Shown here: positions 9,432 through 21,137 of the stretch, in pieces | Numbering within the stretch: position 1 is the first letter of the stretch | Layout of the letters: every line of letters begins with the position of its first letter | Origin: Alphaproteobacteria bacterium | GTDB taxonomy: Bacteria; Pseudomonadota; Alphaproteobacteria; MPNO01; UBA830 | Length of the DNA stretch: 64,000 nt | Direction of reading: 5' to 3' | Assembly: GCA_964291215.2 (NCBI GenBank) | Contig: OZ219791.1 | Span: 2,144,001-2,208,000 of the forward strand | The notes under the pieces: model-generated | What the model was told of the DNA's origin: nothing | The model's input: the letters and a program-made list of their open reading frames with translations, nothing else | Databases searched by the model: none | Made by a program: the position numbers and the translations under genes

Positions 9432-9905
9432 TCATGCGGCGAGCGGCAGCGCGGTTTCGTACTTCACGCGCTTGAGCGAGAAGCTGGACTTGATGCTGCT
9501 GACGCCGGGAATCCGCGTCAGATGGTTTTTCAGGAACTGCTCGTAGGCCGTGACATCGGCGACGACCACCCGCAGCAGGTAGTCCGCGTCCCCGGTCATC
9601 AGATAGCATTCCATGACCTCCGGCCGGGCGGTGATCCGTTCCTCGAAGATTTCAAGTGAAGGCTCCGTCTGGCGCTCAAGCGTGACCTGCACGAAAACGC
9701 TGATCGCCAGATCGACGGACTTCTGGTCGAGCACTGCTACATAACGGTCAATGACCCCCGATTCCTCGAGTTCCCGGATGCGGCGAAGACAGGCCGACGC
9801 CGAGAGCCCGACATCACGGGCGAGGTCGGCATTGCTGATGCGGCCGCGGGACTGGAGGCGGGCGAGGATCCGGTGATCCATCGCGTCGAGTTCCTTGAAA
9901 CTCAT
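9432..9905 (-). CDS. Lrp/AsnC family regulator
   Basis: LDAMDHRILARLQ..GRISNADLARDVGLSASACLRR; ECYLMTGDADYLL. Confidence 0.95.
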   Translation of the reverse strand: MSFKELDAMDHRILARLQSRGRISNADLARDVGLSASACLRRIRELEESGVIDRYVAVLDQKSVDLAISVFVQVTLERQTEPSLEIFEERITARPEVMECYLMTGDADYLLRVVVADVTAYEQFLKNHLTRIPGVSSIKSSFSLKRVKYETALPLAA

Positions 9906-9937
9906 GATATTGCTCCTGTATCTATATACACGCAATT

Positions 9938-9959
9938 ATATTGCATAAGAGTGCAATAT
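9938..9959. promoter_or_regulatory. Inverted repeat in the AT-rich divergent promoter, putative operator
   Basis: ATATTGCA-TAAGAG-TGCAATAT between Lrp and the E1-like gene. Confidence 0.55.
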
Positions 9960-10003
9960 GGTAGGAAAAATATCACAAAAATATGTCCACTAAGGGTGTA
10001 TGA

Positions 10004-12490
10004 TTGAATCGGAACGCGATCCGACGTTATCGGTTTGTGGCCCCTGCATCGCCGGAAGCGGACGGCTTTCCGGTGCCGCAATCGACATCCACGATGGGAA
10101 CAAGTGCCATGGAGACTGCCGGCCCTCAGATCGCGGTTGCGCCGGACCCGGTTCCGGTCGACGACGCCCTGCCCATGCTGCGGGCGCTCGAGCGCAAGGT
10201 GCTGTGGCTGTCGACCTGGATGATCCATCATGCCAACCATGTCAGGCCGTCGCGCGACGGCCTCAAGGTTGGCGGCCACCAGGCATCGAGCGCGTCGGTA
10301 GCGACCATGATGACGGCGCTTTATTTCGACATCCTGCAGCGGCAGGACAGGGTGGCGGTAAAGCCGCACGCCGCGCCCGTCTTTCATGCCATCCAGTATC
10401 TCCTCGGCAACCAGACGCGCGAGAAGATCGCCGGGCTGCGCGCGTTCGACGGCGCCCAGTCCTATCCGTCGCGGACCAAGGACAGCGACGATGTTGACAT
10501 TTCCACCGGATCTGTCGGTTTGGGTGCGGCGCACACGGTGTTCTCGTCGATCGCGCAGGATTATGTGCGCTTCCGGGAAAGCGCCCCGCCCGGACAGCCC
10601 GACGGCCGGATGGTCGCCATCGTCGGCGATGCCGAGCTCGACGAGGGCAACATGTACGAGGCATTGCTCGAGGGCTGGAAGAAGGAGGTCCGGAACGTCT
10701 GGTGGGTTATCGACTACAACCGCCAGAGTCTCGATTCGGTGATCTCCGACCGGCTGTTCGGCCGCATCGACAGCCTGTTCGAGAACATGGGCTGGCGTGT
10801 CGTGCCCATGAAATACGGCAAGCTGCTTACGCGTGTCTTTGCCGAGCCTGGCGGTGAGACGCTGCGCGACTGGATCGACCGCTGCCCGAACTCCCTCTAC
10901 TCGGCGCTGACTTACAAGGCCGGCCCCACCTGGCGCGAATACCTCAAGCGCGATATCGGCGATGCCGCCGGCATCCGCGCACTGCTCGACACGCACGATG
11001 ACGACAGCCTGCACGCGCTGATGACCAACCTCGCGGGCAACGATCTTGAGGCGTCGCTGGAGGCGTTTCGCGGAATCGACGACGACCGGCCCACGTGTTT
11101 TATCGGGTACACAATCAAGGGGTTCGGTCTGCCGTTCGCCGGCCACAAGGACAACCATGCCGGGATCATGAATCCTGCACAGATGGACGCCTTCCGGACC
11201 GCGATGAAGATTCCTCCGGGCGCCGAATGGGAGCGTTTCGCCGGCCTCGACATGGACCCCGGCGCGCTGGCAGCGTTCCTGGAGGATGTGCCCTTCGCGC
11301 GGGCGCCGGCGCGGCGCCATGCGGCGGCGCGGATCACGGTGCCGGATCGGCTCGAGGTCGACATCCGCAGGCAGATGTCGACCCAGGAGGGGTTCGGCAG
11401 GATTCTCGACGGCATTGCCCGGTCCGACGGGCTCTTTGCCGACCGTATTGTCACAACATCCCCGGATGTCACGGTCTCGACAAACCTTGGCGGCTGGGTC
11501 AATCGGCGCGGGCTGTTCGGCCTGTCGGAACATGCCGACACGTTTGCCGAGGAAAGCGTGATTTCGGCGCAGAAGTGGGAGACATCGCCCCGAGGCCAGC
11601 ACATCGAGCTCGGGATAGCGGAGACCAACCTTTTCCTTCAGCTGTCCGCGCTCGGGCTTGCCGGCAGCATGTTCGGCGTGCGGCTGCTGCCGGTGGGCAC
11701 AGTGTACGATCCGTTCATCCGGCGCGGGCTCGATGCGATGCACTACGGCTGCTACCAGGAGGCGCGATTCATGCTCGTGGCAACGCCGTCGGGGATCACG
11801 CTCGCTCCCGAGGGCGGGGCGCACCAATCCTCGGAGACGCCGCTGATCACGTTGGCACAGCCGGGCCTTGCGGCCTTCGAACCAGCCTATGTTGACGAGC
11901 TGTCCGAGATCATGCGCTGGGGATTCGAACACTTGCAGGACGATGACGGAGGCTCCGTCGCGCTGCGGCTGTCGACGCGTACCATCGAACAGCCGGAGCG
12001 ACAGCTCGATGCCGCCACCTGCTCCGCGATCACGGCCGGCGGGTACTGGCTGCGGGAACCGGCGAACACCCCGGGGATTGTCCTCGTCTATACCGGCGCG
12101 GTGGCTCCGGAAGCGCACGAGGCTTGCCGCATACTTTCCGAGGATCTGCCGGGAATCGGCCTCCTTGCCGTGACTTCGGCTGATCGCCTGCATAAGGACT
12201 GGATCCATGCTCGCCATGCGCGCAGGTCGGGCGTTGCCGGGGCGGTCGCCCATATCGAAAGTCTGCTCGCCCGGGCCGGCGACGAGACCGCGCTGATCAC
12301 TGTGTGCGACGCCCACTCCGCGACCCTCGGCTGGCTCGGATCGGTGGCGGGCCAGGCGATCTATCCACTTGGGGTCGACGGGTTCGGCCAGTCGGGGGAC
12401 ATACCCGACCTGTATGCCCATTACGGGATTGATACGGAGTCCATCCTCGACACCGCCGCACGCGCCTGCCTTCGCCGCATCGCAGGCTGA
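10004..12490 (+). CDS. Homodimeric pyruvate/2-oxoacid dehydrogenase E1-like (AceE/MdeB-like) TPP enzyme; true start may be about 10094
   Basis: GGHQASSAS, STGSVGLG, TPP motif GDAELDEG..N, ELGIAETN, EGGAHQS. Confidence 0.85.
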   Translation: MNRNAIRRYRFVAPASPEADGFPVPQSTSTMGTSAMETAGPQIAVAPDPVPVDDALPMLRALERKVLWLSTWMIHHANHVRPSRDGLKVGGHQASSASVATMMTALYFDILQRQDRVAVKPHAAPVFHAIQYLLGNQTREKIAGLRAFDGAQSYPSRTKDSDDVDISTGSVGLGAAHTVFSSIAQDYVRFRESAPPGQPDGRMVAIVGDAELDEGNMYEALLEGWKKEVRNVWWVIDYNRQSLDSVISDRLFGRIDSLFENMGWRVVPMKYGKLLTRVFAEPGGETLRDWIDRCPNSLYSALTYKAGPTWREYLKRDIGDAAGIRALLDTHDDDSLHALMTNLAGNDLEASLEAFRGIDDDRPTCFIGYTIKGFGLPFAGHKDNHAGIMNPAQMDAFRTAMKIPPGAEWERFAGLDMDPGALAAFLEDVPFARAPARRHAAARITVPDRLEVDIRRQMSTQEGFGRILDGIARSDGLFADRIVTTSPDVTVSTNLGGWVNRRGLFGLSEHADTFAEESVISAQKWETSPRGQHIELGIAETNLFLQLSALGLAGSMFGVRLLPVGTVYDPFIRRGLDAMHYGCYQEARFMLVATPSGITLAPEGGAHQSSETPLITLAQPGLAAFEPAYVDELSEIMRWGFEHLQDDDGGSVALRLSTRTIEQPERQLDAATCSAITAGGYWLREPANTPGIVLVYTGAVAPEAHEACRILSEDLPGIGLLAVTSADRLHKDWIHARHARRSGVAGAVAHIESLLARAGDETALITVCDAHSATLGWLGSVAGQAIYPLGVDGFGQSGDIPDLYAHYGIDTESILDTAARACLRRIAG

Positions 12491-12551
12491 CTCGCGGTCT
12501 GGTCGGCTGTTGACGGATTACGGGCTAGCCATTAAATCTTGTCGCGACTGC

Positions 12552-12636
12552 GCGGACGTGGTGGAACTGGTAGACACGCCAGATTTAGGATCTGGTGGCG
12601 AAAGCCGTGGGGGTTCGAATCCCTTCGTCCGCACCA
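12552..12636 (+). tRNA. tRNA-Leu(TAG)
   Basis: 85 nt with long variable arm, anticodon TAG, CCA end; usual position before tig. Confidence 0.97.
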
Positions 12637-12688
12637 TCGCAGGATCATGTCGCAACAGATCGGCGCCGAGCCGTCGAAGGCAGGGACC

Positions 12689-13987
12689 ATGCAGATCAGG
12701 GAAGACAGCAGCGAGGGGCTGCGCCGGGAATACACCATCGTCGTTCCCCGCACGGATCTTGAGGAGCGTCTGGCGACCAAGCTTGCTGAAATTGCCAAGA
12801 CATCCAGGGTGCCGGGTTTCCGACCGGGAAAACTCCCGCTGAGCGTCGCGCGCCAGCGTTGGGGCAGGCAGCTGCACCCGCAGATCGTGAACGAGACCCT
12901 TGAAACTGCGATCGGTGAGATGGTGGCCGAGCGGGAACTCAAGCCAGCGGACACGCCCTCGGTCGAAGTGGTTGCGGACGACTTCGAAGCGGACCTCGAA
13001 TGCAAGGTCGTTCTCGACATCCTTCCCGAGATCCCTGCCGTCGACTTCGCATCCATCGTGCTGGAGAAGCCTGTCGCCTCGATCGAGGACGGTGATATCG
13101 AGGAGGCTCTTGACAATATCGCGAAGGGCAGGGCGAGCTATGAGGTAGTCGAGGACCGGGCTGCGGAAGACGGTGATCAGCTCGCCCTTGAAATCGTTGC
13201 CGAATCCTCTGAAGGACCAGCCGAAGGGGCGAGGAAGATAACCGTCACTCTCGGGAACGACGACCAGATTCGGCCGGAATTCGCGAAGCAGCTTCTCGGC
13301 GTCAGGGCCGGTGAGACCCGGCTGCTGCAGATGCCGGCGGGTGCGGACGACGCCGCCGCGGATGCGGAATCCGGTGGTGGCGACACGATCAAGACTCTTG
13401 TCAGGGAAGTCCGCGAACCTTCATTGCCGGCGATCGACGACGAACTGGCGACCGCTGTCGAATGCGAGGATCTTGCCGGACTCCGGAGCAGGATTCGCGA
13501 AGGGCTTGCGAAGTCGTATGCCGAGATGACTCGGCAGGTTCTGAAGAAGTCGTTGCTTGATTCCCTCGACGAAGCGGTTGAGTTCGAGCTGCCGCAGTCG
13601 CTCGTCGACAAGGAGTTCGATCCCATGTGGGCGCAGATCATGCAGGCGCGCGAGAAGGGCACGCTTGACGAAGAAGACAAGGACAAGCCGGAAGAGGATC
13701 TCCGCGCGTACTATCTCACGATGGCGCGGCGCCGTGTTGCCCTCGCCCTTCTTATGACCCACACCGCCGCTAAAGCCGCCATCGAAGTGAGCGATCAGGA
13801 GCTCGAACGGAGGATCGGTACGCTGCCTCCAGAGTTTCGCGCGATGACGACCGAGATGCCCGGCCGGCGCGATGCCCTGCGGCTGGCGATGCTCGAGGAG
13901 AAGGTTACCGCCTACATGCTTGAGAAGGTCGACACCACGGAACGCAGCGTTCCGGCGGCCGAGCTTCGGGAACTCGTCGGCGCCTAG
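12689..13987 (+). CDS. tig: Trigger factor
   Basis: EGLRREY..., ribosome-binding PGFRPGK; synteny with clpP. Confidence 0.92.
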   Translation: MQIREDSSEGLRREYTIVVPRTDLEERLATKLAEIAKTSRVPGFRPGKLPLSVARQRWGRQLHPQIVNETLETAIGEMVAERELKPADTPSVEVVADDFEADLECKVVLDILPEIPAVDFASIVLEKPVASIEDGDIEEALDNIAKGRASYEVVEDRAAEDGDQLALEIVAESSEGPAEGARKITVTLGNDDQIRPEFAKQLLGVRAGETRLLQMPAGADDAAADAESGGGDTIKTLVREVREPSLPAIDDELATAVECEDLAGLRSRIREGLAKSYAEMTRQVLKKSLLDSLDEAVEFELPQSLVDKEFDPMWAQIMQAREKGTLDEEDKDKPEEDLRAYYLTMARRRVALALLMTHTAAKAAIEVSDQELERRIGTLPPEFRAMTTEMPGRRDALRLAMLEEKVTAYMLEKVDTTERSVPAAELRELVGA

Positions 13988-14098
13988 GCCGCGTGGCGGC
14001 CGAGGGCCGCCGCTTTCACGTATCGATGCCGCGGAGCCGTGTCCGCAGGCATTCACCGCGACGTTCCGCAATCGCCTCGGACAAAGACAGGATTTCAC

Positions 14099-14758
14099 AT
14101 GGACTTCGACGACCACACGAAAATGAACACGCTGATTCCCGTCGTCGTCGAGCAGACGAGCAGGGGCGAGCGTTCCTATGACATCTATTCCCGGCTTCTC
14201 AAGGAGCGCATCATCTTCCTCATCGGCCCGGTCGAGGACCATGTCGCAAGCCTCGTCTGCGCCCAGCTTCTGTTCCTCGAATCGGAAAATCCGACCAAGG
14301 ACATCGCCTTTTACATCAATTCCCCGGGCGGGCTCGTAACCTCGGGGCTCGCGATCTACGACACCATCCGCTACATCCGGCCCGACATCTCGACCGTATG
14401 CATCGGCCAGGCCGCGTCCATGGGCTCGCTGCTGCTTGCCGCGGGGGCGCCCGGCAAGCGCTATGCCCTGCCCAACGCGAGAATCATGGTGCACCAACCG
14501 TCCGGAGGGTTCCAGGGTCAGGCGACGGATATCGAGATTCACGCCCGCGAGATCCTGGCGCTCCGGTCGCGTTTGAACGAGATCTACGTGAAACACACGG
14601 GCCAGAGCCTGAAGCGCATGGAGCGGGCGGTCGAGCGCGACAATTTCATGACGGCGGCCGAGGCCAAGGATTTTGGCCTCATCGACGAGGTTGTTACGGA
14701 ACGTCCGGTGCCGGCCGATGCCGAGCCGGGTGATTCGGAGGAGAACGCCGAATCGTGA
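14099..14758 (+). CDS. clpP: ATP-dependent Clp protease proteolytic subunit
   Basis: [34 protein letters not shown]. Confidence 0.98.
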   Translation: MDFDDHTKMNTLIPVVVEQTSRGERSYDIYSRLLKERIIFLIGPVEDHVASLVCAQLLFLESENPTKDIAFYINSPGGLVTSGLAIYDTIRYIRPDISTVCIGQAASMGSLLLAAGAPGKRYALPNARIMVHQPSGGFQGQATDIEIHAREILALRSRLNEIYVKHTGQSLKRMERAVERDNFMTAAEAKDFGLIDEVVTERPVPADAEPGDSEENAES

Positions 14759-14962
14759 GCTTCGGGGGGTGTGCCGAACGCGGGACAGAACGGCAGCGCC
14801 GGGAAAATTCGGCGTGAAGGCGCCGTTCGGGGCCGCGCGGTTGCCGGGCGTCGCGACTGGCGGCGCGGCAATCCGCGTTGGACGCTCACCGCCCGGATGG
14901 TTATTATGGGGGCGATCTGAACCGGCACCGTCGGCGAGTCCGGTCACGGCACGGGAGTGACA

Positions 14963-16228
14963 ATGAGCAAGTCTGCGAGCGGCGACTCGAAGAACGTTCT
15001 GTACTGCTCCTTCTGCGGCAAGAGCCAGCATGAGGTTCGCAAGCTGATTGCGGGGCCGACCGTGTTCATCTGCGATGAATGCGTCGAGCTGTGCATGGAC
15101 ATAATCCGGGAGGAGCACCAGACCACGCTGGTCAAGTCCCGGGACGGAGTGCCGACACCCCGGGAAATATGCACCGTGCTCGACGATTACGTCATCGGCC
15201 AGACCTATGCCAAGCGGGTGCTTTCGGTCGCCGTGCACAATCACTACAAGCGCCTGTCGCACAGCCAGAAGAACAACGACATCGAGATCGCGAAATCGAA
15301 CATCATCCTGATCGGCCCGACCGGCTGCGGCAAAACCCTCCTCGCGCAGACGCTCGCGCGCATCCTCGACGTTCCCTTCACCATGGCCGACGCAACTACC
15401 CTGACGGAAGCCGGCTATGTCGGCGAGGATGTCGAGAACATCATCCTCAAGCTCCTTCAGGCGGCGGATTACAATGTTGAGCGGGCGCAGCGGGGCATCG
15501 TCTATATCGACGAGGTCGACAAGATTTCGCGCAAGTCGGACAACCCCTCGATCACCCGGGACGTGTCCGGCGAAGGGGTGCAGCAGGCGTTGCTCAAGAT
15601 CATGGAAGGCACGATTGCGTCGGTCCCGCCGCAGGGCGGGCGCAAGCATCCGCAGCAGGAGTTCCTGCAGGTCGACACCACCAACATCCTGTTCATATGT
15701 GGCGGCGCCTTCGCCCGGCTCGACAAGATCATCAGCAGTCGCGGACAGAATTCCAGCATAGGGTTCGGAGCGGATGTCAGGAGCCCTGATGATCGCTCGA
15801 CCGGCGAGATCCTGCGCTTGGTCGAGCCCGAGGATCTCCTCAAGTTCGGGCTTATCCCCGAGTTCGTCGGCCGCCTTCCCGTTATCGCGACGCTTGAGGA
15901 TCTCGACGAGGCTTCCCTGGTCGAGATCCTGACCAAGCCCAAGAATGCGCTGGTCAAGCAGTACAGGCGACTGTTTGAGATGAGCGATGTCAAGCTTGCC
16001 TTCAGCGATGACGCGGTGCGCTCGATCGCCGGCAGGGCCATCGGCCGCAAGACCGGCGCGCGCGGCCTGCGGTCGATCATGGAGAGCATCCTGCTCGAGA
16101 CCATGTTCGAACTTCCGGGGCTTGAAGGGGTCGAGGAGATTGCAATCAACGGCGAAGTCGTCGAAGGACGGGCGCAGCCGCTGTACATCTACTCGGATCG
16201 GCTGGAGGAAAGCGGAAAGACGGCCTGA
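14963..16228 (+). CDS. clpX: Clp protease ATP-binding subunit ClpX
   Basis: CSFCGK zinc domain, [25 protein letters not shown] loop. Confidence 0.99.
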   Translation: MSKSASGDSKNVLYCSFCGKSQHEVRKLIAGPTVFICDECVELCMDIIREEHQTTLVKSRDGVPTPREICTVLDDYVIGQTYAKRVLSVAVHNHYKRLSHSQKNNDIEIAKSNIILIGPTGCGKTLLAQTLARILDVPFTMADATTLTEAGYVGEDVENIILKLLQAADYNVERAQRGIVYIDEVDKISRKSDNPSITRDVSGEGVQQALLKIMEGTIASVPPQGGRKHPQQEFLQVDTTNILFICGGAFARLDKIISSRGQNSSIGFGADVRSPDDRSTGEILRLVEPEDLLKFGLIPEFVGRLPVIATLEDLDEASLVEILTKPKNALVKQYRRLFEMSDVKLAFSDDAVRSIAGRAIGRKTGARGLRSIMESILLETMFELPGLEGVEEIAINGEVVEGRAQPLYIYSDRLEESGKTA

Positions 16229-16255
16229 CGGTGGCGACATCGTCGGCGAATACAG

Positions 16256-16283
16256 CTTGAATCCCGGACGCAGGGTACCATGT
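16256..16283 (+). promoter_or_regulatory. Putative RpoH (sigma32) promoter of lon
   Basis: CTTGAA-N16-CCATGT upstream of lon. Confidence 0.55.
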
Positions 16284-16338
16284 TAAGCGTCGGTGCGGGT
16301 TGTCCGCGCCGGTTCGGGACAACCTACGGAACAGTAAG

Positions 16339-18747
16339 ATGTCAGAGCAGCCACGCAGCACCGCAGTCTTTCCGGTTCTTCCGCTTCGCGACATAGTCGT
16401 GTTTCCGCACATGATCGTGCCGCTCTTCGTCGGGCGCGAGAAATCCGTGCGCGCGCTCGAGAATGTGATGAAGGACGACAAGCAGATCCTGCTCGTGGCC
16501 CAGAAGAACGCCGGAAATGACGACCCGTCTCCCGACGACATCTATTCCGTGGGCACGGTCGGCACGATCCTGCAACTCCTCAAGCTGCCGGATGGAACCG
16601 TGAAGGTGTTGGTCGAGGGCAGCCGCCGGAGCAGGATTGTCCGCTATGTCGACAATGATGCGTTCTTCGAGGTCGAGGCGGAGCTCCTCGACGACGAGGC
16701 GGACGAAGACCGGGATATCGAGGCGCTCTCCAACTCGGCGATCAGCCATTTCGAGCAGTATCTGAAGCTCAACAAGAAGATCCCGCCCGAGGTCCTGGTA
16801 TCCCTTAATCAGATCGAGGAGCCCGGCAAGTTTTCGGACACCATCATCTCGCACCTGACGCTCAAGATTCCGGAGAAGCAGGAGCTTCTCGAACTCCTGT
16901 CGCCAGCCGACCGGCTCGAGCGCGTATACCAGGCCATGGAGACGGAGATCAGCACCCTCCAGGTCGAGAAGCGGATTCGCAACCGCGTCAAGCGCCAGAT
17001 GGAGAAGACGCAGCGGGAGTACTACCTGAACGAGCAACTCAAGGCGATCCAGAAGGAGCTCGGCGGCTCCGAGGAGAGCAGCGACGAACTTGCCGAACTT
17101 GCGGAGCGGATCGAGAAGACGAAGCTGAGCAAGGAAGCCAAGGAAAAGGCGACGGCGGAGCTCAAAAAGCTGAAGTCGATGAGTCCGATGTCGGCCGAAG
17201 CGACGGTCGTACGCAACTATCTCGACTGGATCCTGGGCATCCCCTGGCGCAAGCGTTCTCGGGTGAAGAAGGACCTCAAGCTGGCAGAGAGGATCCTGAA
17301 CGAGGATCATTACGGGCTTGAGAAGGTCAAGGAGCGCATTCTCGAATATCTTGCGGTGCAGATCCGCGTCGGCAAGGTCAAGGGCCCGATCCTCTGCCTC
17401 GTGGGCCCGCCAGGCGTCGGCAAGACCTCTCTGGGCAAGTCGATCGCCCGCGCCACCGGTCGCAATTTTGTCCGCATGTCACTCGGCGGCGTGCGCGACG
17501 AGGCGGAGATCCGCGGCCATCGGCGCACCTATATCGGCTCCATGCCCGGCAAGATCATACAGAGCATGAAGAAAGCCAAGTCCTCGAACCCGATGTTCCT
17601 GCTCGACGAGATCGACAAGCTCGGGTCGGACTGGCGCGGAGATCCGACTTCGGCGCTGCTGGAGGTTCTGGACCCCGAGCAGAACCATACCTTCCAGGAT
17701 CACTACCTCGAGGTCGACTACGACCTGTCCGACGTGATGTTCGTGACCACGGCCAATACACTGCGCATGCCGCAGCCGCTCCTTGATCGCATGGAGACGA
17801 TCAGTCTCTCCGGCTACACCGAGGACGAGAAGGTGGGTATCGCCCGTAGTCATCTGATCGCCAAGCAGCTCGAGGGGCACGGGCTGAAGGAGTCGGAGTG
17901 GTCGATTTCCGAAAGGGCGCTGCGCGAACTGATCCGCCTCTACACGCGCGAGGCTGGCGTCCGCAACCTCGAGCGGGAAATCGCCAATCTGGCGCGCAAG
18001 GCGGTAAGGGAGCTTGCCGACGGCAAGAAGAAGGCCCTGCAGATAACGCCGCGCAACCTCCAGCGGTACGCCGGGGTGCCGCGCTACCGCTCGGGCGAGA
18101 TCGAGAAGGAGGATCTCGTCGGTGTGACCACGGGACTCGCATGGACCGAGGTTGGCGGCGAACTGCTCTCGATCGAGGCCCTCGTCATGCCGGGCAAGGG
18201 TCAGATATCGCATACTGGCAAGCTTGGCGACGTGATGCAGGAATCCGTGCAGGCGGCGCGCAGCTACGTACGCTCGCGCATGGCGGTGTTCGGCATCAAA
18301 CCGAAGATCTTCGACCGGCGCGACATCCACGTCCATGTTCCGGAAGGCGCCACACCGAAGGACGGTCCGTCGGCCGGCGTGGCCATGTGCACCTCCATCG
18401 TATCCGCGTTGACCGCCATACCGGTGCGTCGCGATCTGGCAATGACCGGCGAGGTGACCCTTCGCGGCCGGGTGCTGCCGATCGGAGGGCTCAAGGAGAA
18501 GCTTCTCGCGGCCCATCGCGGTGGTATCCGCGCCGTCCTGATACCAAAGGAGAACGAGAAGGATCTCGCTGACATTCCGGACAAGATCAGGCGGGATCTC
18601 GAGATCGTTCCGGTCTCGTCGGTCGACGAGGTCTTGTCCAACGCGCTGATGCGCGAGCCGGTTCCGATCGACTGGGAGGAGGATGAGGACGACATCGCCT
18701 CGGTTGGCGACTCGAAACCAGATGTTGAGGATGTCGTCACGCACTGA
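16339..18747 (+). CDS. lon: Lon protease
   Basis: [36 protein letters not shown]. Confidence 0.99.
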   Translation: MSEQPRSTAVFPVLPLRDIVVFPHMIVPLFVGREKSVRALENVMKDDKQILLVAQKNAGNDDPSPDDIYSVGTVGTILQLLKLPDGTVKVLVEGSRRSRIVRYVDNDAFFEVEAELLDDEADEDRDIEALSNSAISHFEQYLKLNKKIPPEVLVSLNQIEEPGKFSDTIISHLTLKIPEKQELLELLSPADRLERVYQAMETEISTLQVEKRIRNRVKRQMEKTQREYYLNEQLKAIQKELGGSEESSDELAELAERIEKTKLSKEAKEKATAELKKLKSMSPMSAEATVVRNYLDWILGIPWRKRSRVKKDLKLAERILNEDHYGLEKVKERILEYLAVQIRVGKVKGPILCLVGPPGVGKTSLGKSIARATGRNFVRMSLGGVRDEAEIRGHRRTYIGSMPGKIIQSMKKAKSSNPMFLLDEIDKLGSDWRGDPTSALLEVLDPEQNHTFQDHYLEVDYDLSDVMFVTTANTLRMPQPLLDRMETISLSGYTEDEKVGIARSHLIAKQLEGHGLKESEWSISERALRELIRLYTREAGVRNLEREIANLARKAVRELADGKKKALQITPRNLQRYAGVPRYRSGEIEKEDLVGVTTGLAWTEVGGELLSIEALVMPGKGQISHTGKLGDVMQESVQAARSYVRSRMAVFGIKPKIFDRRDIHVHVPEGATPKDGPSAGVAMCTSIVSALTAIPVRRDLAMTGEVTLRGRVLPIGGLKEKLLAAHRGGIRAVLIPKENEKDLADIPDKIRRDLEIVPVSSVDEVLSNALMREPVPIDWEEDEDDIASVGDSKPDVEDVVTH

Positions 18748-18895
18748 CGCTGCCGCCCGGGCACCGGCGTTGGCTGGCTGTCGTGGCGAGCGAGCGGATG
18801 TCGGGGCGGGGCGGATCTGCACGCAGGGTAAACGCCCTGAGGGACGCCGCTTTGGCCGTTACGTGGCAGGAACCGCGCATGTCGGGTGCCGGCAG

Positions 18896-19771
18896 TTGAA
18901 ATATCCTCCACCACCCCATCCGGCACCGCGTCGGCCGCAGTTCGTGCCACCGCCGGGCGCTTGCGACGCCCATGTCCATGTTTTTGGCCCTTCGGACCGG
19001 TTTCCCTATCATCCGGCAGCGACCTATCGTCCCGTCGACGCATCGAAGGAACGCTTGCGCCGCCTGCACGGCCTTCTCGGGTTCGACCGGTCGGTAATCG
19101 TCCAGGCGACCTGTCACGGAATCGACAACTCGGCGACCCTGGACGCGATCTCGTCATCGAACGGACGCTGGAAAGGGGTTGCGATCGTCGATGAAACCTT
19201 TGCCGACGAGGATCTCGGGCGGTTGCATGCGGGCGGGATCCGGGGAGCGCGCTTCAGCTTCGCGCGCCATCTCTCGGGAGCGCCGGATTTCGGGCGGGTG
19301 CGGCGCATTGCCGAACGGATAGCGACTTTCGGATGGCACCTCGTCATCTATATCGAGGAGCAGGATATCGTCGAGTTCGCCCCGGAACTCCGCACCTTCG
19401 GGCTGCCCGTCGTCTTCGACCACATGATCCGGGTCAAGGTCGCCGGTGGGACCGGAGCGCCGCCGTTCCAGCTGCTCCTGGATTTCCTCCGCAACGAGGA
19501 TGTATGGGTGAAGATTTCCTGCGCCGAGCGCCTGTCCGCCAAGGGAGTGCCCTATGACGATGTCGTGCCCTTTGCGCAGGCCGTGATCGAGGCCAACCCG
19601 GACCGCGTGCTGTGGGGGACGGACTGGCCGCATCCCAACCTGTGGGAAGGTATGCCTGATGACGGGGACCTCGTCGACATGGTGCCCCGCTACGCGCCCG
19701 ATCTCGCGTTGCAGCAGAAGATCCTGGTCGACAACCCTGCGGCGCTCTACGGATTCGGCGCAAGCGGATAA
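18896..19771 (+). CDS. Amidohydrolase, LigI-like (2-pyrone-4,6-dicarboxylate lactonase family); start uncertain
   Basis: PPGACDAHVHVFGP, VIVQATCHG, VFDHM, WGTDWPHPN. Confidence 0.85.
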   Translation: MKYPPPPHPAPRRPQFVPPPGACDAHVHVFGPSDRFPYHPAATYRPVDASKERLRRLHGLLGFDRSVIVQATCHGIDNSATLDAISSSNGRWKGVAIVDETFADEDLGRLHAGGIRGARFSFARHLSGAPDFGRVRRIAERIATFGWHLVIYIEEQDIVEFAPELRTFGLPVVFDHMIRVKVAGGTGAPPFQLLLDFLRNEDVWVKISCAERLSAKGVPYDDVVPFAQAVIEANPDRVLWGTDWPHPNLWEGMPDDGDLVDMVPRYAPDLALQQKILVDNPAALYGFGASG

Positions 19772-19792
19772 GCGGCCCGCGCCAGCGGCTCC

Positions 19793-20710
19793 TCAGTGAG
19801 CCGGGCCGCTCGATATCCATGACTGGTCGATGAAGCTCATGAAGCGCCACCGCCAGGTGTCGCCGTCGCTAAGGACATGTCCGGCCGTCTGGTCGGGGAA
19901 ATGCGCCGGAACGACGACGGTATCGCTGTCCGCCACTTCGGCGAGTATGCGCCTCCGGCTCTGCGCCGCCTCTCCGGGGTCGGAGCAGAAGCAGGTGCTC
20001 CAGTCGGGTTCGCGGCACTGCAGCGGATGGTGCATCATGTCGCCGGTGAAGATCGCGTGGCCGTCCCCCGACCGGAAGTTGACGCAAACCTGTCCCGGCG
20101 AGTGGCCAAAGGCCGGGGTGAGCCAGATCCCGTCCTCGAGCTCGAAATCGCTGTCGACGAGTTGCGCCCGGCCGGCCTCGACGATGGGGCGACAGCTGTC
20201 TTCCCATATTGCTGCCTGCCGGTCCTTGGGCCTGCCAAGTGCGGCCTCTGCCTCCCAGGCCTCGTATTCGCGCTTTCCGAATATGTAGGTGGCGTTCGGG
20301 AAGGTCGGCACCCAGCGTCCATTCACGAGCCGCGTGTTCCAGCCGCAGTGATCGACATGCAGATGGGTGCAAAAGACGTAGTCTATGTCCTCGAACCGGA
20401 GGCCGTGGGCCGAGAATCCATCGAGCCAGGACTGTTTCGGGTAGGCGAGGCCGGAGCCCCGCATCGGCTTGTCTTCGCCGACGCAGGTGTCGATCAGGAT
20501 CGTGTGGCGCTCCGTCCGCACCACGAAGGTCTGATAGTTTATGATCAGGAGATTGCGTCCGGCGTCGTAGACCCAGGACGGCATCTCGCCAAGATGGGCA
20601 AGCGCGGTTTCCTTGTCCGATGTCGGAAACATGGCCTCGGGCTGGCGCCACGGGCCTTCGCGTTCAACGAAACTCGATATCAGGATATTGCCGATCTTGA
20701 ATGGCCGCAT
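19793..20710 (-). CDS. MBL-fold metallo-hydrolase
   Basis: THLHVDHCGWN, GHSPG, FTGDMMHHP. Confidence 0.9.
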   Translation of the reverse strand: MRPFKIGNILISSFVEREGPWRQPEAMFPTSDKETALAHLGEMPSWVYDAGRNLLIINYQTFVVRTERHTILIDTCVGEDKPMRGSGLAYPKQSWLDGFSAHGLRFEDIDYVFCTHLHVDHCGWNTRLVNGRWVPTFPNATYIFGKREYEAWEAEAALGRPKDRQAAIWEDSCRPIVEAGRAQLVDSDFELEDGIWLTPAFGHSPGQVCVNFRSGDGHAIFTGDMMHHPLQCREPDWSTCFCSDPGEAAQSRRRILAEVADSDTVVVPAHFPDQTAGHVLSDGDTWRWRFMSFIDQSWISSGPAH

Positions 20711-21137
20711 GATTCCGTCCGTTCATGGTTTGTGGTGGCAGCCGGAAAACGCATCGCCTATCGCCGCCTGACGGTGCTGTTTCAGTCTGGAATGGCACCT
20801 GCGCAAGGATACAATCGTTGCCGCAGGGCGGCAAAGCCCTGTGCGGCCGGAAGGATGTTCCACTTCGGTCGCGGATACCACCCCGCCTTCGGATAGTCCA
20901 GATTTTGGTGGAATCGAGTCCCGCCAAGCGCGAATGCCGACAACTGGTAGGGAACGGCCGCGATAGCAGCTTCTATCGGCAGGATCGCTTACACCTGCGC
21001 AGGACGTGAATCGCTTTGGAACCGTGCGGAGGCGAAGTACAATCATTGTTGCAGGTTGGCGGGACAGTGTGTGGCCCGAACCGATTGCGGGTCGGCTCCT
21101 CCCGATGCTGGAGCAACCGTCGACAGGAGACTAGGCC

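Noticed and set aside
9902-12421. 839-aa minus-strand ORF
   Set aside because: Antisense shadow of the E1-like gene in high-GC DNA; no recognisable motifs.
13421-16240. 939-aa minus-strand ORF
   Set aside because: Antisense to tig/clpP/clpX; an artefact of codon bias.
18860-18900. Out-of-frame ATG with an RBS-like AGGA before the LigI-like gene, suggesting a frameshift
   Set aside because: An in-frame TTG at 18896 gives a full-length protein; this cannot be resolved from sequence alone.
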